Source: a virus
Length of the DNA stretch: 64,000 bases
IMG/VR virus record: IMGVR_UViG_3300021197_001769
Reading direction: 5' to 3' (one strand)
This document shows positions 47,901 through 57,100 of this stretch, in pieces; position 1 is the stretch's first letter; the number at the start of each line of letters is the position of its first letter. The notes under the pieces are model-generated. The model searched no databases. It had not been told where the DNA came from and saw nothing but the letters and a program-made list of their open reading frames with translations. Position numbers and translations under genes: made by a program.

Positions 47901-49550
47901 AGTTTCACCAAATAATTTTCCAGTAGCATTTTGTACTTTAGCTAAAGATTTTTTCTCTACTTTAAAATTACCTGTTTTACTTCTAATGTTAGTTATGTTA
48001 GCCCAACTATAAGTAGTTGTAGCTGCAATAGTTGAATTAAATGAAGTATTAACAGAAGATCTAATTACTTGACCTTTTCTAAAAGGTTTGTTAAAATCAA
48101 TAACTAATATTTCAGAATCAGTTACGTGATCAACATCTGCAGCTCCAGTGCTTTCTAACTCTACATAATAACCTTTAGTATCTCTAGTTGATTTAACATC
48201 ATTACCTATACTTAAAGTTTTAGGAGGACCTTCTAGTCTTAACTTTTGGAAAAACTTTATATCGTATAAATGCAACTTAGGTTGATTTCTATCTTCTAAT
48301 GCGTATGCTCTAGCATAACCATAAGTACGACTATCTGAATCTTGTAATAATAATCTATTAGCATGTAAGTGAGGATCGTTACTAGTGGCGCTTGTAAAAC
48401 CACCCATTGCAACATCTGCTTCTTTATTTACATTAATATAAGGTACACCAGTTACTGCAATAGTTTGACTATTAACTCTATTAAATGATAACGGTTTTGG
48501 TACTTTTAGATTAGTATTAACTCTTTGATCAATTCTAAAACCTCTTACATAAGCTTTAATCTTTGATGAGTTAACATAGAATGCATCTTCGCTATCAGAT
48601 CTACTATACTTTATTGAAATAGGATCTACTGAAAAGTCACCATGACCTTCAAATGTTCTAGTTGCTAAAACATCTCCTATACCGCTATTAACGCCGCCTC
48701 TAGTACTTTGTTGTTGAGCAACACCGTTTTCAATAACCATAACTTGAAAAAAGTTAGGATCATTATTAGCAGTTAATGATCTAATACCAAACGATAAAGT
48801 CTGTTTTAGTCTATGAGCTCCAGGAGCTCCTTCATTAGTACTACCTCTTGCATTATCAAATAAAGTAGCATCACTATTCGGTGTAATTAAACTTTCACTA
48901 ACTGTAAATCCTAATTTAACTGAAGGATTTTTATTTGTAGCATCAATTACAACTGTTTGTTTAGCTACTCTAGTAAAGAAACCTTGTATATAATATACAC
49001 CTTCTTCAATATGAGCTAATGAACAATCAGATATAGCTGAATAAGTATTGTATATCTCAGCTGTTAAAGAAGGGTTATCTGCAACAGTAGCATATATGTA
49101 TCCACCAGCTGTAGAAAAAGTAGTTGAAGTAATATATTTTAAGTAGATAGAACCTACTGAATTAGTACCTACTGTTCCAACAGGGTTAGATAATACTACA
49201 GCTTTAACAGAACCTGATGCATTTGAAATTACTTTACCTTCTAAAGTAGATAAATTTGCTAGTATAGCTCCTATTCTAGCTCCTGTAGAAGGAAATGAAA
49301 TATTAGATGAGCCAGTTAAAGTCATCTTTTTACTTTGATTGTCAAAATCAATTTTAGCGCCTGTTACTCTGGAACCATCTTTAAACAGATAATTACCCAT
49401 TCTTGTAATTTGTTGCTGTAAAATTGTTTGTGCTTGTGATAACTCTCTTGCTTGAACTGGAAAACCAGGTCTAAACAAAACTCTTAAAAAGTCTTTGTTA
49501 TCATCAAAGTCATCAAAGTAAGGACTTATATTTAAATCTATATTGGCCAT
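44910..49550 (-). CDS. VrlC/DUF4815-like virion protein, N-terminal part, with Gly-rich linker and KIVCT C-terminal domain
   Basis: LNISPYFDDFD..VLFRPGFPVQARELSQAQ, APGAHRLK, LDDGQR, NKRYTMKDIG.IEKRI, GFIVDDF, INPY. Confidence 0.88.
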   Translation of the reverse strand: MANIDLNISPYFDDFDDNKDFLRVLFRPGFPVQARELSQAQTILQQQITRMGNYLFKDGSRVTGAKIDFDNQSKKMTLTGSSNISFPSTGARIGAILANLSTLEGKVISNASGSVKAVVLSNPVGTVGTNSVGSIYLKYITSTTFSTAGGYIYATVADNPSLTAEIYNTYSAISDCSLAHIEEGVYYIQGFFTRVAKQTVVIDATNKNPSVKLGFTVSESLITPNSDATLFDNARGSTNEGAPGAHRLKQTLSFGIRSLTANNDPNFFQVMVIENGVAQQQSTRGGVNSGIGDVLATRTFEGHGDFSVDPISIKYSRSDSEDAFYVNSSKIKAYVRGFRIDQRVNTNLKVPKPLSFNRVNSQTIAVTGVPYINVNKEADVAMGGFTSATSNDPHLHANRLLLQDSDSRTYGYARAYALEDRNQPKLHLYDIKFFQKLRLEGPPKTLSIGNDVKSTRDTKGYYVELESTGAADVDHVTDSEILVIDFNKPFRKGQVIRSSVNTSFNSTIAATTTYSWANITNIRSKTGNFKVEKKSLAKVQNATGKLFGETQSAVKTARDDAKVFDNDFEVLFANPPVIASTSGSTAITPNTADTLFSTANANGDFTRTRIDDGNEISKKLKYVYLKIRNDRTSSINYGWSAQDRESTLLYSDIYDVYGISKSDANNTFSHFKQINITISGGGIIPQGSIVTGTTSKCRGLVALSNSDKNQSELTGSAGYHTSRSGTGSTEVLEIIKENATSNFIANEILLVTTPNDLDSFVNQVTYVSDRTAIIVDTLEKFGTDIIDNYFLDDGQRNNILETGRIIRKPLIRAPEVGDLTIFFSYFEDQDTTNKFYYNADSYSSAGFFATDPRFFEKPVDLGNKDRTKGIKLRDVIDFRKKVTTNNNTGQNTFHFNHKSITNRPFLLPGIGETGATPAAKFTMTYDEYLSRYDIYYVATKPYFGLKRFSSLAARNPQIPKFDSSLGMPIATALIPAAFKDVSEIITVPQDNKRYTMKDIGGIEKRIRNLEDAISLSFLETQALTDDTANRTKLGFIVDDFKTDKDDVIQDNDLSTSKASIADESLRPLSVPTYVETEILDSSAGALTEAGIDPYYFDQGFLTKTYTQSTFLDQPQASSSVRINPYAELTYKGYITLDPAREFNVDPAKKELTKFLIDRNGIVNDSEVSVNEFNLNVVPIPMSEPWSESWNDIGDASVTTSRSGNRRTVNTAQNQIRNIKQKQFVTRDTANSFNLEQVKIDRDAFCPSREIVFKAEGLRPDVSLIATFEYINVTDLCQMTDNSTGDVTYINTNKGTLTTDALGMIRGRFTIPPSTFKTGQLRFTLFDSTKTTIASAIYIVASKYEVGFLSKFRTDGVEDVIIRTEEQTVTSSSTEYLNYGGGGGGGDSWGDSPPSYNPSYMDMNYGDFGHGSHDDGSSSEGGGGGGGKIVCTMMNKMYNMPMYSNRVWMRYNKFKKLDDAYELGYHKLFLYFVKKMPTNTYIRTALEWFAKTRTHGLQEEMKGNYFTFNSLVLRLFRPIVWFTGKLVQKGYLKKANVRSIKRIQSNW

Positions 49551-49554
49551 GTTC

Positions 49555-49562
49555 TATTTATT
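49555..49562 (-). promoter_or_regulatory. Late-promoter variant AATAAATA, 4 nt before ATG
   Basis: AATAAATA-GAAC-ATG. Confidence 0.7.
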
Positions 49563-49563
49563 C

Positions 49564-51030
49564 CTAAAATGTCAATACAAAGTTGAATGATTCAATTTGA
49601 TCTATTGCTCTTGTTATTTGTTGTGATCTTATATCAGATATAATAATATCTCCTGAGTTAAACAGTACTTCTCTATTAGCTACCGAAGAAATAGTTAAAG
49701 GATTACCAGTCAAAGAGCCTGTTGCATTTACTAATTGTAAGTTGTCTCCAGCTATGAATGAATCTTTATCTTTTGTTTTACCTAAGTTTACATAATAATA
49801 TTTTTTCTTACTAGAATCTATAGCTACTATTCTTCCTACTTTACTTGTAGTACTAGTAAAATTATTACCAGATACAGTTCCTGTAGCAACAATATCACCA
49901 ACGTTAAAAGTAGCATTACCACCATCGCTGTCACTTGCTACAAAAGCTTTACATGCAATTAAAAAATCATTCTTAGCTACTTTACCTGTTGATCTATCAA
50001 TAGGATTTCTCAATAAGTTAACTTGTCTAAAATTATTTCTAGTAAATTTAGTAACGTCTCCATCAGGTGTATTTCTTACACTCACCATAACATTTTTTGC
50101 ATTTAATTCTAATGGAGCATTAGTTCCGTGTCCTAATCCAGGAGCTACATTTACAGTTAAACCGTTAGGTGTATTAGATCCTATCTTAGCAATAGCACCT
50201 TTACTGTAACCTTCACCTGGTGTAATTAAATTAAAAGTAAAATCAGAATCAGTCTTAGTTATAGATCCTGCAAATGTTGTTACTGGTGTTGTAGAAGTAC
50301 TATTCTGTAAAGTTAGTGTAATGGTAGTTGGTATACTAGTCCAGTCACCGTAAATAGTTCTTAACGAAGTTTCGAAAGTTGAATCATTTATTGCAACATC
50401 ATAAACTGTACCTACTTTACTATCTCTTTGAACTTGAAATTGTTTAAATTTAGCTGTACCAGGATTTAAAGTTAAAGCTTCAGCTACAGATACTGCTTCC
50501 GGTATAGGAATATAACTTTCAGTAACAAATCTTAGACTATCAGAAGCATCAATAGTGTACATATAAATCCAATGATAACCATCAGCAGTCGTAAACGGCA
50601 AGCTCGCGTCTCCAGAAGGTGACGCAGTTGAAGGGCTTCCCGGATAATGAAGTACCTTGTAAACATTTAATTTTGTAACCCCTTGAATGATTGACGTAAC
50701 CATTGCGTAACTATCTGCTATATAAGTTGTACCACTAGTCCAGTTTACTCTTGGGACAACTCTTGATACACCACCTTTAGCTAATTTATGAGCACTTATT
50801 GCATGCTGCATATAATAAGTTTGGTCGTCATTATTAAAACCAGCTGATTCACCGCCAACAAATTCAGCGTCATCATCTATTCCATCACTATCAGTATATC
50901 TTTGTAAATCAGAATCATTATTAAAACATATAAACGCATAATACTCATCATCATTTAAAGTATCTCTTAGATTGTCTCTAAAAGATTTTGCTACTAACAC
51001 ATTTAATCCTGTCGTAATTTTTGCTGTCAT
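49564..51030 (-). CDS. gp8: Baseplate wedge subunit
   Basis: VVPRVNWTSGTTY, NVYKVL, DGYHWIYMYTI, GHG.NAPLEL, NFRQV.LLRNP. Confidence 0.88.
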   Translation of the reverse strand: MTAKITTGLNVLVAKSFRDNLRDTLNDDEYYAFICFNNDSDLQRYTDSDGIDDDAEFVGGESAGFNNDDQTYYMQHAISAHKLAKGGVSRVVPRVNWTSGTTYIADSYAMVTSIIQGVTKLNVYKVLHYPGSPSTASPSGDASLPFTTADGYHWIYMYTIDASDSLRFVTESYIPIPEAVSVAEALTLNPGTAKFKQFQVQRDSKVGTVYDVAINDSTFETSLRTIYGDWTSIPTTITLTLQNSTSTTPVTTFAGSITKTDSDFTFNLITPGEGYSKGAIAKIGSNTPNGLTVNVAPGLGHGTNAPLELNAKNVMVSVRNTPDGDVTKFTRNNFRQVNLLRNPIDRSTGKVAKNDFLIACKAFVASDSDGGNATFNVGDIVATGTVSGNNFTSTTSKVGRIVAIDSSKKKYYYVNLGKTKDKDSFIAGDNLQLVNATGSLTGNPLTISSVANREVLFNSGDIIISDIRSQQITRAIDQIESFNFVLTF

Positions 51031-54000
51031 TAATCTGTTCTCGTTTTATAATACTGACTTGGACTTCTATAGTCACTATCACCTTCTAAAAGATTTAATT
51101 CTGTCTTATTTAATGGGTCTAGATAAGTATTGGTCCAAACGATATTGTTTGGTTTAACCCAAAAATCTCTCTTAACAGGATTCTTTTCTTTCGCATACTG
51201 CGGTATTTTATTTAATTGGTAGTAGAACTGTCTTACTTTATGACCTTCAGCAGCGTTTTGTATTGCAGAAGACCAACCTGCTATTTCCCAACCTTCTTTA
51301 TTTACTCTTGCAACATGAATAGTATTCCATTTTTGTTGAAAAGCTTCAAGATCAAATAACTCCTGACTACCAATATTAAAACTAAATTCGTTATTTAGTT
51401 TATTAGCTTTAATAAAATCTTTTTGCATTTCTAAATTATACTCAAAATCTCTTTTAGTAATATTTTGTTTTACAATATCAGAATCATTGTCTTTTAATTT
51501 TTGATAATTAATACCTTTAAAGAGATGTTTATCATCACTGTCATTAGAGTATCTACCATCACTATCATTTAAGTAGTCAAATCTAATAAATTTAATTCTA
51601 TTAACTTTTTCTGAATCAAAAAGCAAAAAGTTATTTTCTCCTGCTGGGAATGTAGTTTGACCTATTTCAATTATTTTTTCATCTGGAAATCTATCCAAAG
51701 TTTTATTTTTAAAATAATCTTGATAGTGTTCACTATCTAAATTTACATCAGGGTATAACTTTGTAGTAAAAGTTTTTTCATGAACATTGATAGATCCATC
51801 TGAATCTTTTGTTTGAGTAGATCTAGGATCAATATAACCTAATGGTTCATAATCCCAAAAACTATTTCCAAATTCTGCATCATCTCCTTCTTCAGCTACT
51901 GATGATAAATTATCAGCTGATATACTTCTACCATCTGGTGTAGATATATTAAAGAAGTTAAAAGGGTTAGAAGCATATAATACTGAAGATGCAGTAAGTA
52001 AATTGGCTGAAGTAGTTGCGTTTATACTATGATCCATTGATCTATCAAAAGTCATTTTATGCTGTTCACCAGAATCGTACCCGCTACTTGATTTATTTGA
52101 AGTATCTGAAACGGCTGAATTAATGTTTAATTGAGCTAATAATCTAAATCCAGCTGGGTGTAAAATTTCTTTAACATACTCTCTCCACTGAGCAATAGAT
52201 AAATTTGATTTTAAACTGTATGAAAAATTATCAAAGAATAAATTATCTCTAATTACTCCACCTGATAAACTATTACTAAAACCTTTATCATCTAAAAATT
52301 GTTTACTAGTTTTTCCAGAACCTTCAAATGATAATGTACCGGTTGCTCTTTGATGGTTTGCAATAATATTTTTATAAGGAAAAGTTTCACTGACTACTGT
52401 TTCGTTAGTTTCTGTATCAACAGGAGCTAATCTTAAAACTTTATATCTCTGATTTTCAATAACTGATAAATCTGAATCAATAGGAAATCTATCAGTAGAA
52501 ACAATTCTAGGTGCTTGAGTTAACTTAACAACATTTTTATTAGCTGTTACAGAAGTTATTCTTCCTATAAAATTAGTATCTTGAAATCTACCTACACTAT
52601 CATTTAAACCTACAAAAGGTGTATTCTTAAGTTGTTTAAATGATATCTGTCTATACTTATCACTATCTTCATAACTAGTTAATTGGTCAAAATGAAAATT
52701 ATCTAGACCTTTTAGTCTAGGGTCTTGTAAAAATATTCTTAAACCTTCAGAGTCACGGTTACCTTTATCATCACTGTCTATAACATCAAACCTGTAAGTA
52801 CTATCTGATCCTATTTGATTCTGTAATAAAGTTCTAAATGACTTAGATAAATTTTCACCAATAGTATGACTAAATTTAAATTCACTATCTACCCATTGAT
52901 AATTTTCAAAATCAAACTTATAAGGTATTCTAACTCTTATATCTTCAGAGTCATTTGTAGTAAATTTTCTATTAGTAAACTTTACAGATATTCTAAAACT
53001 ATCTGAATCATCTAAAAACCCATCAGAGTCAGCTTCAAATCTTTGAATTCTTACTGTTTGTCCTTCAGTGAGATCTGACTGACCATGAACAGTTATATTC
53101 ATAGGAAATATAACATCTACACCATCTGAATCAAAGTAACCTTTATTAAAGAAACTAAAATTATTAATCTTACCTATTTGATTAGAGAAAGGAACTATCT
53201 CTGTATTAGTTCCGTTTAGAGATAATATTTTTACATCAGGTAACTCGTTAAAGTTACCACCTTCATTGATAGGAACTGTTACGTTTTGAAAATCGTTAGC
53301 AAGAAAACCAGTACCTAGTTGTCCTAATCTAACGTTATTATTATCTATCTCAGTTATTCTTCCTGCGTTATCAACTCCTGTAATAATAGCACTACCACCA
53401 GAACCAGAACCAGAACTTTTAGAAGTAAAAGTTATTGCATCTCCAACAACGAAATCTATTCCTCTATTTTTTACAGTTGCACCAGTAACAGGGCCTGCTT
53501 GTAAACCTTCTATAGGTACACTAAACTCTCTATTATTTTGAATTATTCTAACTTCATCTCCGGCACTATAACCACCTATATCACTATCATCTATTTTTAT
53601 AGATTTAATTTGTCTTAAAACTGTACCAGTAATAAAGTTTGAATTATCTATAGTACTACTCACAACTATTTCAGAACCAACAGTTAAGTTTAATGCAGCT
53701 GCAGAAATTAGTTGCACTACAGATTTAGATCCTATAGTATTAACTTTAGTACCAGATAAACCTGTTCCTATTTCACTATCATCTTTTATTATGCTTGTTT
53801 TTGAAAAATCGATATTGTTCAAAACTTTGTCTGAGTCATTTACTAATAAAGCTAATGTATCAAATGATATGTAGTTACCTTCGGAAGCATCTAGTATTTG
53901 CTGACCAGGTTGTATTACATCTATCTCAGTATTGAATAATAATCTAAAAAGTAACTTAAAGCTATTAGGTGTGCCTTTACTTAGATAAACATCTCTTATT

Positions 54001-54311
54001 TTTTTAATTAAAAATCTATCATCAGAACCTTCAGGTACAACTGCAATAGGTAGAATATCTCTTTTAAAATATTCTAAAAACTTAACAATAGTTTTATCTA
54101 TGTCTCTATTTTCAGTTTGTCCTTGAATAAGATTATTAGCATTACCTAATTTCTTGTAAGCTGTTAATCTAGTAGTAGTTTCTGAATCATTAACTTTTTC
54201 AAGATATTCATAGTAAGCCTCCATAAATGATACTAAAAGAGGATTATTAGCTCTTATAAAGTCAGGAATCTGCTCACTGATATATGGAAATACTTTTGTA
54301 TACTGAGTCAT
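51030..54311 (-). CDS. gp7: Baseplate wedge initiator (gp7-like)
   Basis: QIPDFI..P.LVSFMEAYYEYLE, YLSKGT..SFKLLFRLLF, FSYSLKS..WRE.VK.ILHPAGF; position between gp6 and gp8. Confidence 0.78.
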   Translation of the reverse strand: MTQYTKVFPYISEQIPDFIRANNPLLVSFMEAYYEYLEKVNDSETTTRLTAYKKLGNANNLIQGQTENRDIDKTIVKFLEYFKRDILPIAVVPEGSDDRFLIKKIRDVYLSKGTPNSFKLLFRLLFNTEIDVIQPGQQILDASEGNYISFDTLALLVNDSDKVLNNIDFSKTSIIKDDSEIGTGLSGTKVNTIGSKSVVQLISAAALNLTVGSEIVVSSTIDNSNFITGTVLRQIKSIKIDDSDIGGYSAGDEVRIIQNNREFSVPIEGLQAGPVTGATVKNRGIDFVVGDAITFTSKSSGSGSGGSAIITGVDNAGRITEIDNNNVRLGQLGTGFLANDFQNVTVPINEGGNFNELPDVKILSLNGTNTEIVPFSNQIGKINNFSFFNKGYFDSDGVDVIFPMNITVHGQSDLTEGQTVRIQRFEADSDGFLDDSDSFRISVKFTNRKFTTNDSEDIRVRIPYKFDFENYQWVDSEFKFSHTIGENLSKSFRTLLQNQIGSDSTYRFDVIDSDDKGNRDSEGLRIFLQDPRLKGLDNFHFDQLTSYEDSDKYRQISFKQLKNTPFVGLNDSVGRFQDTNFIGRITSVTANKNVVKLTQAPRIVSTDRFPIDSDLSVIENQRYKVLRLAPVDTETNETVVSETFPYKNIIANHQRATGTLSFEGSGKTSKQFLDDKGFSNSLSGGVIRDNLFFDNFSYSLKSNLSIAQWREYVKEILHPAGFRLLAQLNINSAVSDTSNKSSSGYDSGEQHKMTFDRSMDHSINATTSANLLTASSVLYASNPFNFFNISTPDGRSISADNLSSVAEEGDDAEFGNSFWDYEPLGYIDPRSTQTKDSDGSINVHEKTFTTKLYPDVNLDSEHYQDYFKNKTLDRFPDEKIIEIGQTTFPAGENNFLLFDSEKVNRIKFIRFDYLNDSDGRYSNDSDDKHLFKGINYQKLKDNDSDIVKQNITKRDFEYNLEMQKDFIKANKLNNEFSFNIGSQELFDLEAFQQKWNTIHVARVNKEGWEIAGWSSAIQNAAEGHKVRQFYYQLNKIPQYAKEKNPVKRDFWVKPNNIVWTNTYLDPLNKTELNLLEGDSDYRSPSQYYKTRTD

Positions 54312-56119
54312 TATACACTTCTTGATTTATTCAATAGATCAATTAGATCTTTATTATCTTTCTCTACAACATTAATAACTGATGAGTCTAAACTTATTCT
54401 AAGAATATATTCATTAGCTGATTGAACGTCGAATGAATCAGGTACGGCTGTAAATTGAATAATACCATCTGAAGGGTCAAAATCTTGTATGTTTATTTCA
54501 CCAGAGTTGTAGTCAATTGTACCTGCTTTGTTATTTGCATATACTTCAATACCATCTAAGATATCAAACAATCTTATATTACCTTTACCATCATCGTTAA
54601 AACCTGAGTTAAATGATCTACCTACTCTAGTAAATTGATTTGAAGATAGTACTCCACCTTTTTCAGAATTATATCCAGTGAATGGGTGAAATAAAGGGTT
54701 ATTATATCTTATTTGATACTTATTAAGTATACCATTAGTTACTGTAGCATCATATCTTAAACTAGTTCTAGTATTAACAGATAGAATTGATTCATCTAAT
54801 AGTTTTATTTCTTCTGCTAATTGTGATTCAAAAAAGCTTTGTTTAAATTGGCTTAATCTATCAGTATTAAATGTTGAGAATAATGCTAGTATATTTGTTT
54901 TAACTGTATCAACGCTCGTTGTTAGCTTAGCATTGTCAAAGATAACAACAGTATTAAGTACTAACTCTAAGAAAGAAGGATCGACGATTTCAGGAGTTAC
55001 AGTTACTATGTTAAACTTATTAAGAATATTATTTTTAATTGTTAATTTAGCTGCGTCTGTTAACTTGTCACCTTGTTTAGGTTTTATAGATAAAAACACT
55101 TTACCTGGTTTACCTACTGTTTCTCCACCATAAACATTTATTGATTGAATGTCAGGAAAGTTTTTCTTAACTATGACTTCATAGTCATTTGTAGTTACAG
55201 CTCTAAACTGTGATTGAAACCAATGAGGGGCATTATCCTTTATTGATCTTTCAGTTTCTATTTCTGCACCACCGTAAGAGGTTCTAGTTGTTGTAATTGA
55301 AGCGTCACTTTTATTTTGTATAGTAACAGAAAAAGCATTTATACCATTAGCTGTAGAACCATTTGTAGAAATATAAGAACAAATAATATCATCACCTGCA
55401 ACTAACTTTTTACCTATAACTCCATTACCAAATCTTAGTCTATGTCTTTCATTATTTGTTTCTTCTACAAAGTAAATTAAACTATTAGCATCAGCATTTG
55501 TAACACCTTCAGTTTCAGGCATTACTTTTGTATATTTTACTCCATTAACACTTACATTAATAGTTTGAGTATCAACACCTGAATTTAAAATATCAAATGT
55601 AGGGAATGAATCTGTTGTATTCGAATGAATAAATCTTTGAGTAAGTTGAGTACCTTCATAGAATTCAACATCAATATTTTTTGTAACATCACCTGTATTG
55701 TATTGAACTACGTAGTCTTGAATAGTAAAGAAATTGTAACTTGTATTACCTGAAGTTGCAACTGCTAATGAACCAGCTGGAATAGTAAAAGAAGCTTCTG
55801 TACCAGTTCTTGGTATAGCAATTGTTAGTTTTACTCTTGAACTAGTCGCAGAGGTTGGTATATAATTTAAAGTCTTAGCTAATGAAACTATATTTTCTCT
55901 TCTTTGAGCAGTATCTAAAAACATTTCATTTATAGAAAAGTTAGCTGTAATATTATTAAGATGTGTATTGTAAGCTAGTACATCTATAATAGTGTTTAGT
56001 GCTGACCCTGTAAAATTATAATCTTTAAACGTAGGATTGTCTTTATAATGATTAATGATATCTTCTTTAATATCATCAAAATCTAAATTAGCTACTACTG
56101 GTTTATTATTGCTAGCCAT
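54311..56119 (-). CDS. gp6: Baseplate wedge subunit
   Basis: LDFDDIK, FKDYNFTGS, LAYNTH, NEMFLDTA, FGNGVIGKKL, QFRAVT..DY, GKVFLSIKP. Confidence 0.96.
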   Translation of the reverse strand: MASNNKPVVANLDFDDIKEDIINHYKDNPTFKDYNFTGSALNTIIDVLAYNTHLNNITANFSINEMFLDTAQRRENIVSLAKTLNYIPTSATSSRVKLTIAIPRTGTEASFTIPAGSLAVATSGNTSYNFFTIQDYVVQYNTGDVTKNIDVEFYEGTQLTQRFIHSNTTDSFPTFDILNSGVDTQTINVSVNGVKYTKVMPETEGVTNADANSLIYFVEETNNERHRLRFGNGVIGKKLVAGDDIICSYISTNGSTANGINAFSVTIQNKSDASITTTRTSYGGAEIETERSIKDNAPHWFQSQFRAVTTNDYEVIVKKNFPDIQSINVYGGETVGKPGKVFLSIKPKQGDKLTDAAKLTIKNNILNKFNIVTVTPEIVDPSFLELVLNTVVIFDNAKLTTSVDTVKTNILALFSTFNTDRLSQFKQSFFESQLAEEIKLLDESILSVNTRTSLRYDATVTNGILNKYQIRYNNPLFHPFTGYNSEKGGVLSSNQFTRVGRSFNSGFNDDGKGNIRLFDILDGIEVYANNKAGTIDYNSGEINIQDFDPSDGIIQFTAVPDSFDVQSANEYILRISLDSSVINVVEKDNKDLIDLLNKSRSV

Positions 56120-56529
56120 TACCTTAACCTCTCTAATACAATATCGACTTCTGCATCAGTATTTTTTTCAATAAATGTGTATAAAATTCTTACGTATACT
56201 CTGTTAAAATCAATTCCTGCTTCATCAACTCTAACTGATTGAACTTTAATACGAGGTTCGTAATTATCTAAGACGTTTTTAACAGCGTCTTCTATTGCAG
56301 AAGTTGTTATTGGAGATGCAGGCTCAAATAGTAGAGCATAAACATCGCTGCCTATTTCAGGATGAAAAGGTCTTTCGCCAAAATTAGTAGTTACTAAATT
56401 TTTGACCGATTGATTAATTGCATTAGTATCAGTTTTAGTTCCTAAGTCTCTTGATAAAGCAAGAGAGTTGAAACTAAAATCTAGATCTTTATATACATTT
56501 TTTCTTTCAAATACATGTGGATTTGCCAT
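56119..56529 (-). CDS. gp25: Baseplate wedge subunit
   Basis: YKDLDFSF, AINQSVKNLV.T..GERPFHPEIG, YEPRI. Confidence 0.96.
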   Translation of the reverse strand: MANPHVFERKNVYKDLDFSFNSLALSRDLGTKTDTNAINQSVKNLVTTNFGERPFHPEIGSDVYALLFEPASPITTSAIEDAVKNVLDNYEPRIKVQSVRVDEAGIDFNRVYVRILYTFIEKNTDAEVDIVLERLR

Positions 56530-56533
56530 AAAG

Positions 56534-56541
56534 TATTTATG
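56534..56541 (-). promoter_or_regulatory. Late-promoter variant CATAAATA, 4 nt before ATG
   Basis: CATAAATA-CTTT-ATG. Confidence 0.7.
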
Positions 56542-56553
56542 ACGGTTATCCTA

Positions 56554-57069
56554 TTAACGATAAAAGAGATGGTCACCTATTCTTACAATAAACTCTTTCT
56601 CTTTAGCCCATTTAGGATTAACATAAGTTGCATGATAATAATTAGCACCTTCTACTAAAGAATGATTAGCTCTTAAAGCATCAAATGCAGCAGTAAAAGA
56701 ACTTTTCCATGTATATTCATATTTTATCTCGTCTGATTTACCATCACAGAACCAGCTAAACTGACATTTGTTTCTAACAGGTACGTCTTTACCATGTTGT
56801 TCTTTCCACCATTTACTCATGACTGATTGCTTTACAACACCACAAATAGTATTAGGATACTTAGTTGAATTTAAACGATTAATCGTCACTTCTGCTACTG
56901 CGCGTTTACCAGCATACGCTTGGTTCCCTGCTTCAAAATAAACATTTTGTACTAAACAATACATTTCAGAAGAAATATTGTTTAGCTCCTTCGGAGGAGT
57001 ACTAATACTTATCTGAGAAGCCAACATTAGACTTATTAAATAATTAACTACCATACTATAGTTATACAA
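56554..57069 (-). CDS. Cell wall hydrolase, SleB/Hydrolase_2 family
   Basis: CL..NVYFEA, AVA.VT.NR, YPNTICGVV.Q, CQFSWFCDGK, GA.YYHA.YV.PKW, IGDH.FY. Confidence 0.95.
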   Translation of the reverse strand: MYNYSMVVNYLISLMLASQISISTPPKELNNISSEMYCLVQNVYFEAGNQAYAGKRAVAEVTINRLNSTKYPNTICGVVKQSVMSKWWKEQHGKDVPVRNKCQFSWFCDGKSDEIKYEYTWKSSFTAAFDALRANHSLVEGANYYHATYVNPKWAKEKEFIVRIGDHLFYR

Positions 57070-57088
57070 GTTTTACCAAAAAAGGTTG

Positions 57089-57096
57089 AATAAATA
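57089..57096 (+). promoter_or_regulatory. Late-promoter variant AATAAATA, 4 nt before ATG
   Basis: AATAAATA-AGAC-ATG. Confidence 0.7.
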
Positions 57097-57100
57097 AGAC

